In this document: one piece after another, positions 11,494-21,586 of the stretch | Numbering within the stretch: position 1 is the first letter of the stretch | Layout of the letters: each line of letters opens with the position of its first letter | DNA from: an uncultured Acetobacteraceae bacterium | GTDB lineage: Bacteria; Pseudomonadota; Alphaproteobacteria; Acetobacterales; Acetobacteraceae | Length of the DNA: 64,000 nt | Reading direction: 5' to 3' | Assembly (NCBI GenBank): GCA_964242415.1 | Contig: CAXTAT010000023.1 | Span: 14,580 to 78,579, forward strand | Position numbers and translations under genes: made by a program | The notes under the pieces: model-generated | Told to the model about the DNA's origin: nothing | Database searches by the model: none | What the model saw: only the letters and a program-made list of their open reading frames with translations

Positions 11494-11532
11494 CAAAAAA
11501 AGAAGGCCCGCGCGCTCGTGGCGCAGCGGGCC
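11494..11532 (-). terminator. rho-independent terminator (minus strand)
   Basis: On the minus strand, GGCCCGCUGCGC-CACGA-GCGCGCGGGCC is followed by UUCUUUUUUU. This is a GC-rich 11-12 bp stem plus a U-tract. Confidence 0.65.
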
Positions 11533-11620
11533 AAGTTTAGGGAGGAAACGCCAGTCACACGGCAGAACCAGGGGAAACCCGGTTCTGTCGTGGAGATTGG
11601 TCCCCCTCTCCAATCCCGTC
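11494..11620 (-). ncRNA. candidate sRNA or structured 3' UTR downstream of the DUF1467 gene
   Basis: Three consecutive stem-loops on the minus strand: GGGAUUGG-loop-CCAAUCUCC, CAGAACCGGG-UUUC-CCCUGGUUCUG, and the terminator. A single-stranded UUUCCUCCCUAAA stretch lies between hairpins 2 and 3. There is no convincing ORF and the local GC is lower than its surroundings. Confidence 0.3.
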
Positions 11621-11708
11621 CATATGAATCCGCACATGGATCAGGCAAAAAGATGATGCGTAGGGCTGTTCTGCCCAGCTTTGCAGCTAGGCGTGGTATA
11701 GTGCCGCT

Positions 11709-11966
11709 TTATTGGTCATAGTTCTGCACCATGGCGCGGAACGACAGCCAGTCGCTGCGGATGATCGCGAACGCCACGCACCACAGCACCACCGAGATCG
11801 CAGTCGTGATCAGCAGCTTGCGCCCCATCCGCGCCTGCTGCGGCGCCCCGCGCCAGCCAGTGGTCTCGTCGGCGTCCGCCACTGGCCGAACGCCGAAGGG
11901 CAGCACGGCGAACAGCACCGTCCACCAGATCATGGTGAACAGCACGACCGCGGTGAACGGGTTCAT
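11709..11966 (-). CDS. DUF1467-family small membrane protein
   Basis: 85-aa ORF starting MNPFTAVVLFTMIWWTVLFAVLPFGVRP, then ...GAPQQARMGRKLLITT..., with two TM helices. This is the usual alphaproteobacterial neighbour downstream of RNase J. Confidence 0.75.
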   Translation of the reverse strand: MNPFTAVVLFTMIWWTVLFAVLPFGVRPVADADETTGWRGAPQQARMGRKLLITTAISVVLWCVAFAIIRSDWLSFRAMVQNYDQ

Positions 11967-11974
11967 CGCTCCTG

Positions 11975-13624
11975 CTACACCCGCAGCAGGTGGACATCCA
12001 CCATCGGGCGCTTTTGCAGCCGCCGCCCCAGCGCCCGGCGCAGCGCGGCCCGCGCCGCATCGGCCAGCGCCGAATCGTCCTTGCGCAGCGTCATCGGCAG
12101 GTCCGCCACCGCCTGCGAGAACTCCGCCGTTACCCGTGCCGTCTCCGGGTCGTCAGGCTCGAACAGGCCCGGCGCGCTGACCCGCGGCCTGCCGACCATC
12201 TTGCCCGCCGCGTCCACGGCGAAGCTGCCCAGCACGACGCCGTTGAACAGCATGCGCCGCCGGGCCGCCAACACGCCGCCGTTCAGCGGCACCACGCGGT
12301 TGCCGTCCAGCGCCAGCCGTCCCACGGGGGCGCTATCGACCACCTCCGGCCGGCCCGGCGACAGACTCAGGATGTCGCCGTCCTCCAGCAGGATCGGCGT
12401 CGCGCCGCCCTCCTTGGCCAGGGCAGCATGGGCGGACAGGTGCCGCCACTCGCCATGCACAGGGACGGAGAACTTCGGCTTCACCAGGGCATAAAGCTGC
12501 TTCAGCTCGTCCCGCGCCGGGTGGCCGGAGACGTGGGTCATGTGCTCCTCGTCGGTGATGACGCGGACGCCGCGGCGGACCAGGCCATCCTGCACGGCGA
12601 TGATCGGGCGCTCATTGCCGGGGATCATGCGGCTGCTGAAGATGACGGTATCGCCCTCGCCCAGGGCGATGTTGGGGTGGGTGTCGGCGGCGATGCGGGA
12701 CAGTGCGCTGCGCGGCTCCCCCTGGCTGCCAGTCACCAGGATCAGCAGGTTGTCGTCGGGGATCGACCCGGCTTCGTCCTCCGGCACGAAATCCGGCAGG
12801 CCGCGCAGGTAGCCGCAGTCCTTCGCCGCAGCCTCCAGGTTGCGCAGGGAACGGCCGACCAGGGCAACGTGCCGCCCGGCGTCGCGGGCCGCCAGCGCCA
12901 CGCTCTCGACCCGGGCCACGTTGCTGGCGAAGCAGGTGATGGCGATCCGGCCGCGCCGGATGCTCCGCACCAGCTCGCTCAGGCTGCGACGCACATCCGC
13001 CTCGGAACCCGAGTGGCCATCGACCATCGCGTTGGTGCTGTCGCAGACCATGGCCAGCACGCCCTCCTCTCCCAGCTTGGCGAAGGCGGCCTGGTCGGTC
13101 GGCGGGCCGATCAGCGGGTCGGCGTCCAGCTTCCAGTCGCCGGTGTGCAGGATGGTGCCGTACGAGGTGCGGATCACCAGCGCCTGCGCCTCGGGCAGGG
13201 AGTGCGCGACGGGCATGAACTGCAGCTTGAACGGGCCGATCTCGAACGCGCCGCCGGGGGGCACGACGTGGACGCGGACCTCGTTGACCAGCCCGGCCTC
13301 CCCGAGCTTGCGCTTCAGGACGGCGGCGGCGAACGGCGTCGCGTACACGGGGCAGCGCAGTTGCCGCCACAGGTGGGCGACAGCGCCGATGTGGTCCTCA
13401 TGTGCGTGGGTGATCACCAGGGCCAGCAAGTCGTCGCGCCGGTCGGCGATGAAGGCCGGGTCCGGCATCATGATCTCGACCTCGGGATTGTCGTTGCCCC
13501 CGAAGCCGATGCCGCAGTCGATGGCCAGCCACTTGCCGCTGGCCCGGTAAAGATTAAGGTTCATGCCGATCTCACCCGTCCCGCCTAAGGGCAGGAAGGC
13601 CAGATCACCGCTGTAAGCGTCCAT
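11975..13624 (-). CDS. rnj: ribonuclease J (beta-CASP metallo-beta-lactamase family)
   Basis: 549-aa ORF with LPLGGTGEIGMNLNLY, the HxHxDH motif (ITHAHEDHIGAV) and beta-CASP blocks (GDWKLD, SGHPARDEL). Confidence 0.9.
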   Translation of the reverse strand: MDAYSGDLAFLPLGGTGEIGMNLNLYRASGKWLAIDCGIGFGGNDNPEVEIMMPDPAFIADRRDDLLALVITHAHEDHIGAVAHLWRQLRCPVYATPFAAAVLKRKLGEAGLVNEVRVHVVPPGGAFEIGPFKLQFMPVAHSLPEAQALVIRTSYGTILHTGDWKLDADPLIGPPTDQAAFAKLGEEGVLAMVCDSTNAMVDGHSGSEADVRRSLSELVRSIRRGRIAITCFASNVARVESVALAARDAGRHVALVGRSLRNLEAAAKDCGYLRGLPDFVPEDEAGSIPDDNLLILVTGSQGEPRSALSRIAADTHPNIALGEGDTVIFSSRMIPGNERPIIAVQDGLVRRGVRVITDEEHMTHVSGHPARDELKQLYALVKPKFSVPVHGEWRHLSAHAALAKEGGATPILLEDGDILSLSPGRPEVVDSAPVGRLALDGNRVVPLNGGVLAARRRMLFNGVVLGSFAVDAAGKMVGRPRVSAPGLFEPDDPETARVTAEFSQAVADLPMTLRKDDSALADAARAALRRALGRRLQKRPMVDVHLLRV

Positions 13625-14434
13625 TTAATCGCCTTCGTTTAATCGCATTCTGTCACGACTCAATGTGGGTGCGGGGTTGCGATCCGCCAACAAGCGCAGG
13701 CCATCCAATGTCAGATCGGGATCGACGACGTCGATGATCGTCGTGCCCTCGGCCAGCAGGGGCGCCAGGCCGCCGGTGGCGACCACCCGCATCGGCGCGT
13801 CGTATTCGGCCCGTATGCGGGTCACCAGGCCCTCGACCAGGCCGACGTAGCCCCAATAGATGCCGGACTGCATCGCCGGGATGGTGGATCGGCCGATCAC
13901 CGCCTGCGGCCGGCCGATGCCGATGCGGGGCAGCCGCGCCGCCGCCTTGTGCAGCGCCTCGATGGACAGGTTGATGCCTGGGGCGATGGCGCCACCCAGG
14001 TAGGCGCCGTCCCGGTCCACCACGTCGAACGTCGTCGCCGTGCCGAAGTCCAGCACCAGCAGCGGGCCGTGGTGGGCCTGGTGGGCGGCCATGGTGTTCA
14101 GCAGGCGGTCGGCGCCGACCTCGGCCGGGTTGTCCACCCTGATGTCGAAGCCCCAGTCGAGGTTGGACCGCGCGACCAACGGCTCCGTGCTGAACCATTC
14201 CCGGCACAGGCGGCGCAGGTGGTACAGCGCTGCCGGCACGACAGTGCCGATCACGGTGCGGTCGATCTCCGCCGGCTTCAGCCCGGTGAACTGCAGCAGC
14301 GTCAGCAGCCAGACGGCATACTCGTCGCTGGTGCGCTGCGGCTCGGTGGCGATGCGCCAGATGCCGCGCCAGTTTGCACCGTCATGGACGGCGAACACGA
14401 CGTTGGTGTTGCCTGCATCCACCACCAGCAGCAC
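13625..14434 (-). CDS. coaX: type III pantothenate kinase
   Basis: 269-aa ORF starting [16 protein letters not shown], with [11 protein letters not shown] and VVATGGLA. It abuts the rnj start codon. Confidence 0.9.
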   Translation of the reverse strand: MLLVVDAGNTNVVFAVHDGANWRGIWRIATEPQRTSDEYAVWLLTLLQFTGLKPAEIDRTVIGTVVPAALYHLRRLCREWFSTEPLVARSNLDWGFDIRVDNPAEVGADRLLNTMAAHQAHHGPLLVLDFGTATTFDVVDRDGAYLGGAIAPGINLSIEALHKAAARLPRIGIGRPQAVIGRSTIPAMQSGIYWGYVGLVEGLVTRIRAEYDAPMRVVATGGLAPLLAEGTTIIDVVDPDLTLDGLRLLADRNPAPTLSRDRMRLNEGD

Positions 14435-14437
14435 GGC

Positions 14438-15160
14438 CTAGCCCCCATCGGCTTGCAGGATTTCGCCGGTCGGCATCGCGTGCACCCGGCCGCCCGATTG
14501 CAACAGCAGTGCGCCGTCGTCGCCCAGACCTGTAAACGCGCCACCCACCTCCGCGTTGCCCCAGCGCACGCGCATGTGGCTGCCAGGCGCCGGGCCAAGG
14601 TCGAGCCAGGCGCGCCGGACCGGGGCGAAGCCGTCCTGTTGGCGCACGCGGTCCCAGTGGTCCAGCCGCGCCAGCAGCAGCGTCGCGGCCGCGGCTGGGT
14701 CAGCCCCGCCGGGAACCACCGCCACGTTCGGCAAGTCCGGCGCGGCGGCGAGGTTGGCGCCGAAGCCCAGCACCAGCCAGTCCAGCCGTCCCGCCACGTC
14801 CAGCGCCGTGTCGATCAGGACGCCGCCGACCTTTGCAGCGCCTAGCACGACGTCGTTGGGCCACTTGACCCGCAGCGCGTCGCTGGGAAGCGCCTCCGCC
14901 AGCGCCACCGCCGCGAGGAGCGCCCACTGCCCGGCATCGCTGGCCGGACCCGCCGGACGCAACAGGACGGAAACCGCAAGGTTACCCTCAAGGGTCTGCC
15001 AGGTCCGGCCGCGGCTGCCCCGGGCGTGGGTCTGCCGCGCCGCCATGATGGCCAGGCGACCAGGCTCGCCAGCCTGCGCCAAGGTGGTGCACAGGTCGGA
15101 CGTTGACCTCAAGCTCTCATAATGCCGCAGCCGCCAGCCCGGCGGCGCAGCCGGGTTCAC
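14438..15160 (-). CDS. birA: biotin--[acetyl-CoA-carboxylase] ligase
   Basis: Only the 3' 240 codons of ORF 14438..15790 are BirA-like (GSRGRTW, KWPNDVV, KVGGVLI). A GTG start at 15160..15158 overlaps the nuoN stop as GTGA. Confidence 0.8.
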   Translation of the reverse strand: MNPAAPPGWRLRHYESLRSTSDLCTTLAQAGEPGRLAIMAARQTHARGSRGRTWQTLEGNLAVSVLLRPAGPASDAGQWALLAAVALAEALPSDALRVKWPNDVVLGAAKVGGVLIDTALDVAGRLDWLVLGFGANLAAAPDLPNVAVVPGGADPAAAATLLLARLDHWDRVRQQDGFAPVRRAWLDLGPAPGSHMRVRWGNAEVGGAFTGLGDDGALLLQSGGRVHAMPTGEILQADGG

Positions 15161-16578
15161 CCGAACAGCACTTGCGCCGCCGACTGCGCCGCCGCGATCA
15201 ACGGTGCAGGGAACACGAAGAACAGCGTCGTCACCAGCGCCCCGACCCCGGCGACGAACGACACCTCCGGCGGACGGCGGTCGAAGGCAGGCTCCGCCTT
15301 GTCGAAGTACATCACCTTGATAACCCGCAGGTAGTAGTAGGCGCCCACCACGCTGGTCAGCACGCCGACCACCGCCAGCGTCCAGTAGCCGGACTGCACC
15401 GCCGGGAAGAACACATACAGCTTGCCGAAGAAGCCGGAGAACGGCGGAATGCCGGCCATGCTGAACATGAAGATCGTCATCGCCAGCGCCAGTCCAGGAT
15501 CGGTGGTGGCCAGACCCGACAGGTCGCTGATCCGGTCCAGCACCCGGCCGCGCCGCCGCATGGCGATGATGCAGGCGAACACCCCGGCGCTCATGAACAC
15601 GTAGGTCACCATGTAGATCAGCACGCCGCGGATGCCCTCCGCCGTGCCGACCGCCAGGCCAACCAGCGCGTAGCCCATGTGGCCGATGCTGGAGTACGCC
15701 ATCAGCCGCTTGATGTTGGTCTGCCCGATGGCCGCCAGCGCGCCCAGCAGCATGGAGGCGAGCGACACCAGCACGATGATCCCGGTCCACTGCGGCGTCA
15801 GATGGCCGAACGGCACCTCCAGCGCACGCAGCAGCAGCGCGATGGCGGCCACCTTCGGGGCGGTGCTCATGAAGGCCGTCACGGGCGTCGGCGCGCCCTC
15901 ATACACGTCCGGCGTCCACATATGGAACGGCACCGCGGACAGCTTGAACGCCAGGCCAGCGATGATGAACACGATGCCGACGATCAGCCCGGCCGACACC
16001 CCGTTCGGGTCGGTCAGCGACCGTGCCAGTTCGCCGAACTGCATCGTCCCGGCGAAGCCGTAGGTCAGCGAGATGCCATACAGCAGCAGCCCCGACGCCA
16101 GCGCGCCCAGGACGAAGAACTTCAGCCCGCTCTCGGCGGAACGCAAGTTGTCCCGGTCGAAGGCGCACAGCACGTAAAGTGCCAGGGATTGCAGCTCCAG
16201 GCCCAGATACAGCGTCATCAGGCTGGCCGTGCCGCACATGATCATCATGCCGACGGTGGACAGCAGGATCAGCACCGGAAACTCAAACCGGCTGATCCCA
16301 GCCCGCACGTTGTAGTCCAGCGCCAGCACGGCGCTCAGCCCGGCGCCGAGCAGGATCAGCAACTGCATGAACGTGCCGAAGCCGTCCACCACGAACAGCC
16401 CGTTATAGGCCGAGCCCGGCTGCGCCGACACCACCAGCACGGCCGTCACCATCAGCGCGCCGAGGGACAGCATGGTGCACAGGAAGGCCGGGTCAGGCTT
16501 GCGCAGGACGCCGAAGATCAGGATCGCCATCGCGCATAGCGCCAGCACGATCTCCGGCAGTGCCAGGGTCCAGTTCAT
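15157..16578 (-). CDS. nuoN: NADH-quinone oxidoreductase subunit N
   Basis: 473-aa polytopic membrane ORF, last gene of the nuo cluster, with a 4-nt overlap with nuoM. It shows antiporter-like subunit motifs (AFKLSAVPFHMWTPDVYEGAPTPVTAF). Confidence 0.93.
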   Translation of the reverse strand: MNWTLALPEIVLALCAMAILIFGVLRKPDPAFLCTMLSLGALMVTAVLVVSAQPGSAYNGLFVVDGFGTFMQLLILLGAGLSAVLALDYNVRAGISRFEFPVLILLSTVGMMIMCGTASLMTLYLGLELQSLALYVLCAFDRDNLRSAESGLKFFVLGALASGLLLYGISLTYGFAGTMQFGELARSLTDPNGVSAGLIVGIVFIIAGLAFKLSAVPFHMWTPDVYEGAPTPVTAFMSTAPKVAAIALLLRALEVPFGHLTPQWTGIIVLVSLASMLLGALAAIGQTNIKRLMAYSSIGHMGYALVGLAVGTAEGIRGVLIYMVTYVFMSAGVFACIIAMRRRGRVLDRISDLSGLATTDPGLALAMTIFMFSMAGIPPFSGFFGKLYVFFPAVQSGYWTLAVVGVLTSVVGAYYYLRVIKVMYFDKAEPAFDRRPPEVSFVAGVGALVTTLFFVFPAPLIAAAQSAAQVLFG

Positions 16579-18098
16579 GGGATGATCCCTGCGAGCTTCG
16601 GCCCCGTCGCCAGCGCGGCGATATGCTGATCCACCATGGCGTGCACGGAGGCGTCGAAGAAGTGGGTGAAGTTGGACGGGTAGATGCCCATCCAGAGCGT
16701 CAAGCCGATCAGCGGCGTGAAGATCGCGATCTCCCGCGGCGACAGGTCCAGGATGCCGCGCAGGTCATCGCGCGTGATCGTCCCGAAGATGACCCGGCGG
16801 TAAAGGTAGAGCATGTAAACCGCACCGAGGATCATGCCAAAGCTGCCGAGGTAGGCGAGGTACAGGCTGATCTTGAAGGCCCCGACCAGCACCAGAAACT
16901 CACCGACGAAGCCCGATGTGCCCGGCAGGCCGACGCTGGCCATGGTGAACACCATGAAGAACAGCGCATACGCTGGCATCCGCGTCGCCAAGCCGCCATA
17001 CCGCGCGATGTCCCGGGTGTGGATGCGATCGTAGATCACCCCGACGCACAGGAACAGCGCCGCCGAGACGATGCCATGCGACAGCATCTGGAACATCGCG
17101 CCCTGGATGCCCTGCGCGTTGAAGGTGAAGATGCCGATCACCACGACGCCCATGTGCGCGATGGACGAGTAGGCGATCAGCTTCTTCATGTCCGTCTGCG
17201 CGAGTGCCACCAGCGACGTGTAGATCACCGCCACCACGCCCAGCGCGAACATCAGCGGCGCGAACTGCTGCGACGCCTGCGGCAGCATCGGCACCGAGAA
17301 GCGCAGGAAGCCATACGCCCCCATCTTCAGCAGCACGCCCGCCAGGATCACCGAGCCGGCCGTCGGCGCCTCCACATGCGCATCGGGCAGCCAGGTATGG
17401 ACCGGCCACATCGGCACCTTCACCGAGAACGACGCCAGGAACGCCAGGAACAGCCAGAACTGCATCCGCACGGGGAACGGCGTGTGCATCAACACGGCGA
17501 GGTCGGTCGTCTTGGCGTAATACAGCACCGCCAGCAACGCCAGCAGCATCAGGATCGATCCGGCCAACGTGTACAAGAAGAACTTGAAGCTGGCGTAAAC
17601 CCGCCGCGGCCCGCCCCAGACGCCGATGATCAGGAACATCGGGATCAGCACGCCCTCAAAGAACATGTAGAACACGACGAAGTCCTGCGCCGAGAACATG
17701 CCGACCATCATGGTTTCCAGTACCAGGAACGCGAGCATGTACTCGCGCACCCGCACCGTGATCGCCTCCCAGCTCGCCAGGATGCAGATCGGCACCAGCG
17801 CCGTGGACAGCAGCACGAACAGCACCGAGATGCCGTCCACGCCCATGCGGTAGCCGACGTTGAACTCGGGGAGCCAGGACAGGCTTTCCTGGAACTGGAA
17901 GCCGGGGTTGGCCGGGTCGAACCGCACCCACAGCAGCACCGACAGCGCGAACACGATCAGGCTGGTCCATAGCGCCGCCCAGCGGGCGTTGCTGGCCACC
18001 ACGGCGTCGTCCCCGCGCACAGTCATGATGAACAGGCCGCCAGCCAGGGGCAGCCAGGTCAGCAGGGACAGCAAGGGGAAGCCGGCAGCGTTGTTCAA
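16575..18098 (-). CDS. nuoM: NADH-quinone oxidoreductase subunit M
   Basis: 507-aa ORF with FSVKVPMWPVHTWLPDAHVEAPTAGSVILAGVLLK. Its position is between nuoL and nuoN. Confidence 0.94.
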   Translation of the reverse strand: MNNAAGFPLLSLLTWLPLAGGLFIMTVRGDDAVVASNARWAALWTSLIVFALSVLLWVRFDPANPGFQFQESLSWLPEFNVGYRMGVDGISVLFVLLSTALVPICILASWEAITVRVREYMLAFLVLETMMVGMFSAQDFVVFYMFFEGVLIPMFLIIGVWGGPRRVYASFKFFLYTLAGSILMLLALLAVLYYAKTTDLAVLMHTPFPVRMQFWLFLAFLASFSVKVPMWPVHTWLPDAHVEAPTAGSVILAGVLLKMGAYGFLRFSVPMLPQASQQFAPLMFALGVVAVIYTSLVALAQTDMKKLIAYSSIAHMGVVVIGIFTFNAQGIQGAMFQMLSHGIVSAALFLCVGVIYDRIHTRDIARYGGLATRMPAYALFFMVFTMASVGLPGTSGFVGEFLVLVGAFKISLYLAYLGSFGMILGAVYMLYLYRRVIFGTITRDDLRGILDLSPREIAIFTPLIGLTLWMGIYPSNFTHFFDASVHAMVDQHIAALATGPKLAGIIP

Positions 18099-18102
18099 GG
18101 GA

Positions 18103-20031
18103 TCACCGGAAAATCAGGAAGATGCTGACGAGCAGCACCAGCCCAATCAGCATCGTGAAGGCATAGACCGCGATGGAGCCGGTCTGGATGCGGACCACCT
18201 GCGCCGAGCCGTCCGCGGCCAGCGAGGCGATGCCGTTCGGCATGCCGTCGATCAGCGTCTCGTCGCCGACATGCCACAGCACCCGTGCCAGGCGCTGCGT
18301 CGGGCGGACGAAGATGCGGTCATACAGCTCGTCGAAGTAGTACTTGTTCAACACGATGCGGTACAGGGCGGGCGCCGCGGCCGCCATGCGCGCGGGCAGC
18401 GCCGGGACGAAGACATACATGACATAGGCCAGCGCGATGCCGGCCAGGCCGACCAGGGTGGGCAGCAGCGACGCCAGCAACGGCACCGTCTCCATGTCGT
18501 GCATGACGGTGTTGGTCGGCGCGTTCACGATGCTGCCGCGCCAGAACTCCAGCCAGTCCTCGCCGATGAACCAGCCGTGGAACACGAAGCCGGTCAGCAC
18601 GGCGCCAAGGGCCAGCACGATCAATGGCCCCGTCATCACCGCCGGGCTTTCGTGGACGTGGTCCATGGTCTTCTGGTCGGCCCGCGGCTTGCCATGGAAG
18701 GTCAGGATCAGCAGCCGCCAGGAGTAGAATGCCGTCAGGAACGCCGCGACGACGCCGCAGATGTAGCCGTAGGTGCCGACGGCGCTGCCCTTGGCCCAGG
18801 CTGCCTCCAGGATCGCGTCCTTCGAGTAGTAGCCGGCAAAGAAGGGGATGCCGGCCAGCGCCAGGCTGCCGACCCACATGACGACGTAGGTGATCGGTAT
18901 CTTGCGCCAGATGCCGCCCATGCGCCGGATGTCCTGCTCATCGGACATCGCGTGGATCACCGACCCGGCGCCGAGGAACAGCAACGCCTTGAAGAAGGCA
19001 TGCGTGAACAGGTGGAACACCGATGCCTGATAGGCGCCGACACCGGCGGCCAGGAACATATAGCCAAGCTGCGACATGGTTGAGTAGGCGATGATGCGCT
19101 TGATGTCGTTCTGCACGCAGCCGATGGTCGCCGCGAACAGGCAGGTCGTGGCGCCCATGAACGCCACGAAGCCCAGCGCGCCCGGCGCATACTCCAGCAC
19201 CGGCGACATGCGCGCCATCAGGAACACCCCGGCCGTCACCATCGTCGCCGCGTGGATCAGCGCGGAGACCGGCGTCGGCCCCTCCATCGCGTCCGGCAGC
19301 CAGACGTGCAGGCCCAACTGCGCCGACTTACCGGCAGCACCCAGGAACAGCAGCACGCCGATCACCTCATAGGCCCGCCAGGTGCTGCCCAGCACATGGT
19401 AGGTGTCGCCGACGTGGTCGTGCACATGGGCGAAGATGTCGGGGAACTCGACGGAGCCGAAGATCGCGAACACCAGCGCGATCCCCACGGCGAAGAACAG
19501 GTCCCCCACCCGGTTGACCACGAACGCCTTCATGGCGGCCCGGTTAGCGCTGGGCCGGTCGTACCAATAGCCGATCAGCAAGTAGCTCGCGAGGCCGACG
19601 CCCTCCCAGCCGAAAAATAGCTGCACCAGGTTGTCCGCCGTCACCAGCATCAGCATGGCGAAGGTGAACAGGCTCAGGTAGCTGAAGAAGCGCGGAATGG
19701 TCGCATCATGGCTCATGTAGCCGATGCTGTAGATGTGGATCAGCGTCGCGATGAACGTGACCATGGCGACCATCATCGCCGACAGCGTGTCGTAGTGCAG
19801 CGCCCACTCGACGTGGAAGCCCTCGACATCCATCCAGGTGCCGAGACTGACGGCGCCGGGCAGCGCGTCCCCGGTCAGGCAGGGCACGAAACTGGCGACG
19901 CCGCAGACCGCGGCCACGCACATGCACAGTACCGTGACGGCCTCGCTGGCCTTGTCCCCGATCTGACGTCCGAACAGCCCGGCGACCAGCGCCCCAACCA
20001 GCGGCGCGAACACGGCAACGGCGTACAGCAT
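18103..20031 (-). CDS. nuoL: NADH-quinone oxidoreductase subunit L
   Basis: 642-aa ORF with GWEGVGLASYLLIGYW and GKSAQLGLHVWLPDAMEGPTPVSALIHAATMVTAG. Confidence 0.95.
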   Translation of the reverse strand: MLYAVAVFAPLVGALVAGLFGRQIGDKASEAVTVLCMCVAAVCGVASFVPCLTGDALPGAVSLGTWMDVEGFHVEWALHYDTLSAMMVAMVTFIATLIHIYSIGYMSHDATIPRFFSYLSLFTFAMLMLVTADNLVQLFFGWEGVGLASYLLIGYWYDRPSANRAAMKAFVVNRVGDLFFAVGIALVFAIFGSVEFPDIFAHVHDHVGDTYHVLGSTWRAYEVIGVLLFLGAAGKSAQLGLHVWLPDAMEGPTPVSALIHAATMVTAGVFLMARMSPVLEYAPGALGFVAFMGATTCLFAATIGCVQNDIKRIIAYSTMSQLGYMFLAAGVGAYQASVFHLFTHAFFKALLFLGAGSVIHAMSDEQDIRRMGGIWRKIPITYVVMWVGSLALAGIPFFAGYYSKDAILEAAWAKGSAVGTYGYICGVVAAFLTAFYSWRLLILTFHGKPRADQKTMDHVHESPAVMTGPLIVLALGAVLTGFVFHGWFIGEDWLEFWRGSIVNAPTNTVMHDMETVPLLASLLPTLVGLAGIALAYVMYVFVPALPARMAAAAPALYRIVLNKYYFDELYDRIFVRPTQRLARVLWHVGDETLIDGMPNGIASLAADGSAQVVRIQTGSIAVYAFTMLIGLVLLVSIFLIFR

Positions 20032-20034
20032 GGG

Positions 20035-20340
20035 CTAGCCCCGCATCAGGGAGACGTCCTCGACCTCGATCGAGCCGCGGTTGCGGAAGTACACGACGAC
20101 GATGGCCAGGCCGATGGCTGCCTCCGCCGCCGCGACGGTCAGCACGAACAGCGCGAACACCTGGCCCGCCAGGTCGCCCAGCGCCGAGCTGAACGCCACC
20201 AGGTTCAGGTTCACCGCGAGCAGCATCAACTCGATCGACATCATGATGACGATGATGTTCTTGCGGTTGAGGAATATGCCGAAGATGCCCAACACCAGCA
20301 GGATTGCGCTGACGACTAGGTAGTGTCCGACGCCGATCAT
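20035..20340 (-). CDS. nuoK: NADH-quinone oxidoreductase subunit K
   Basis: 101-aa, three-TM ORF with [22 protein letters not shown] and [15 protein letters not shown]. Confidence 0.95.
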   Translation of the reverse strand: MIGVGHYLVVSAILLVLGIFGIFLNRKNIIVIMMSIELMLLAVNLNLVAFSSALGDLAGQVFALFVLTVAAAEAAIGLAIVVVYFRNRGSIEVEDVSLMRG

Positions 20341-21044
20341 CCGTGCTCTCCGGGGCCGGGCTTATCGACGCCGTGCTCGTGTGGCTCATCCGCATGGACC
20401 AGCGCCGGCTCGGGCTTTGGCCGGATGATGCCGGTGACGTTGGTGCCGGCGCCGAGGCGGACGGGCATGATCTCCAGCGTGTCGGCGACGCTGCGGGCGT
20501 TTTGCCGCGAGATGTCCTGGCGCTTGCTGGTCTGGCGTTCGCGGTGCGTCAGCACGATCGCGCCGATCATCGCCACCATCAGGATCAGCCCGGCCACCTG
20601 GAACAAGAAGATGTAGTCGGTGTAGATCAGCCGCCCCAGCGCCTGCGTGTTGCCTAGGTTGCCCGGGGTGCTGCTCAACCGCAACGAACTCGCCTGCGGC
20701 GCGAACTCCCAGCCGCCCGCGACAAGCAGCAACTCCGCCAGCAGCACCACGCCGACGGTGGCGCCGATCGGCAGGTAACGTTGGTAACCCTCGCGAAGCT
20801 GGGCGAAGTTCACGTCCAGCATCATCACGACAAATAGGAACAGCACCGCGACGGCGCCGACATAGACGATGACCAGGATCATCGCCAGGAACTCGGCCCC
20901 GGCAATCAGGAACAGCGCCGCCGCGTTGAAGAACGCCAAGATCAGGAACAGCACGGAGTGCACGGGATTGCGCGCCGTCACCACCATCGCGGCGGAGCCG
21001 AGCAAGATGGCGGCGAATAGGTAGAACGCGGCGGAGACGATCAT
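20337..21044 (-). CDS. nuoJ: NADH-quinone oxidoreductase subunit J (with a charged C-terminal extension)
   Basis: 235-aa ORF with N-terminal TM helices ([36 protein letters not shown]). The C-terminal tail ...[27 protein letters not shown] lies beyond the usual end. Confidence 0.92.
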   Translation of the reverse strand: MIVSAAFYLFAAILLGSAAMVVTARNPVHSVLFLILAFFNAAALFLIAGAEFLAMILVIVYVGAVAVLFLFVVMMLDVNFAQLREGYQRYLPIGATVGVVLLAELLLVAGGWEFAPQASSLRLSSTPGNLGNTQALGRLIYTDYIFLFQVAGLILMVAMIGAIVLTHRERQTSKRQDISRQNARSVADTLEIMPVRLGAGTNVTGIIRPKPEPALVHADEPHEHGVDKPGPGEHG

Positions 21045-21053
21045 GGGCAGGCT

Positions 21054-21542
21054 CTAACGGTATGGGGCATCAAGCTCAAGCCGCTTGGATAGCTCGCTCT
21101 CCCAGCGGTCGCCGTTCGAGAGCAGCTTCTCCTTGTTGTACAGCAGCTCCTCGCGCGTCTCGACGGCGAACTCGAAGTTGGGGCCCTCGACGATGGCGTC
21201 CACCGGGCAGCTTTCCTCGCACAGGCCGCAATAGATGCACTTGGTCATGTCGATGTCGTAGCGCGTGGTGCGGCGGCTGCCGTCATCGCGCGGCTCGGCC
21301 TCGATGGTGATGGCCAGCGCCGGGCACACGGCCTCGCACAGCTTGCAGGCGATGCAGCGTTCCTCGCCGTTGGGGTAGCGGCGCAGGGCATGCTCGCCCT
21401 TGAAGCGCGGGCTGATGGCGCCGTGCTCATAGGGGTAGTTGATCGTCGCCTTCTGCCGGAAGAAATACTTCAGTGTCAGCCACATGCCTGAGACAAGTTC
21501 GCTGAGCAGCAGGCTGCGGGCAGTGCGGTCCAGAAAAGCCAT
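21054..21542 (-). CDS. nuoI: NADH-quinone oxidoreductase subunit I
   Basis: 162-aa ORF with two 4Fe-4S ferredoxin motifs ([24 protein letters not shown]). Confidence 0.96.
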   Translation of the reverse strand: MAFLDRTARSLLLSELVSGMWLTLKYFFRQKATINYPYEHGAISPRFKGEHALRRYPNGEERCIACKLCEAVCPALAITIEAEPRDDGSRRTTRYDIDMTKCIYCGLCEESCPVDAIVEGPNFEFAVETREELLYNKEKLLSNGDRWESELSKRLELDAPYR

Positions 21543-21586
21543 GGTGGTGATCCTCTCTGCCCGGCGGCGTTGTGGGCCGTGCCAGG

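Noticed and set aside
11389-11637. 82-aa minus-strand ORF and small plus-strand ORFs in the proS/DUF1467 intergenic region
   Set aside because: They have no RBS, show odd composition (Cys/Trp/His-rich), and cut across hairpins and the terminator. The region is better explained as RNA structure.
11494-11708. Possibility that this structured region is tmRNA, 6S RNA, SRP RNA or RNase P RNA
   Set aside because: I could not find a tag reading frame or tRNA-like end, the SRP GGAA/AGCA helix-8 motif, or the long closing helix and central bubble of 6S RNA. The size is also wrong for RNase P. The region remains unclassified.
14438-15790. 450-aa ORF suggesting a large BirA fusion protein
   Set aside because: The upstream 210 codons are an out-of-frame read of nuoN. 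BirA homology starts near a GTG at 15160 that overlaps the nuoN stop.
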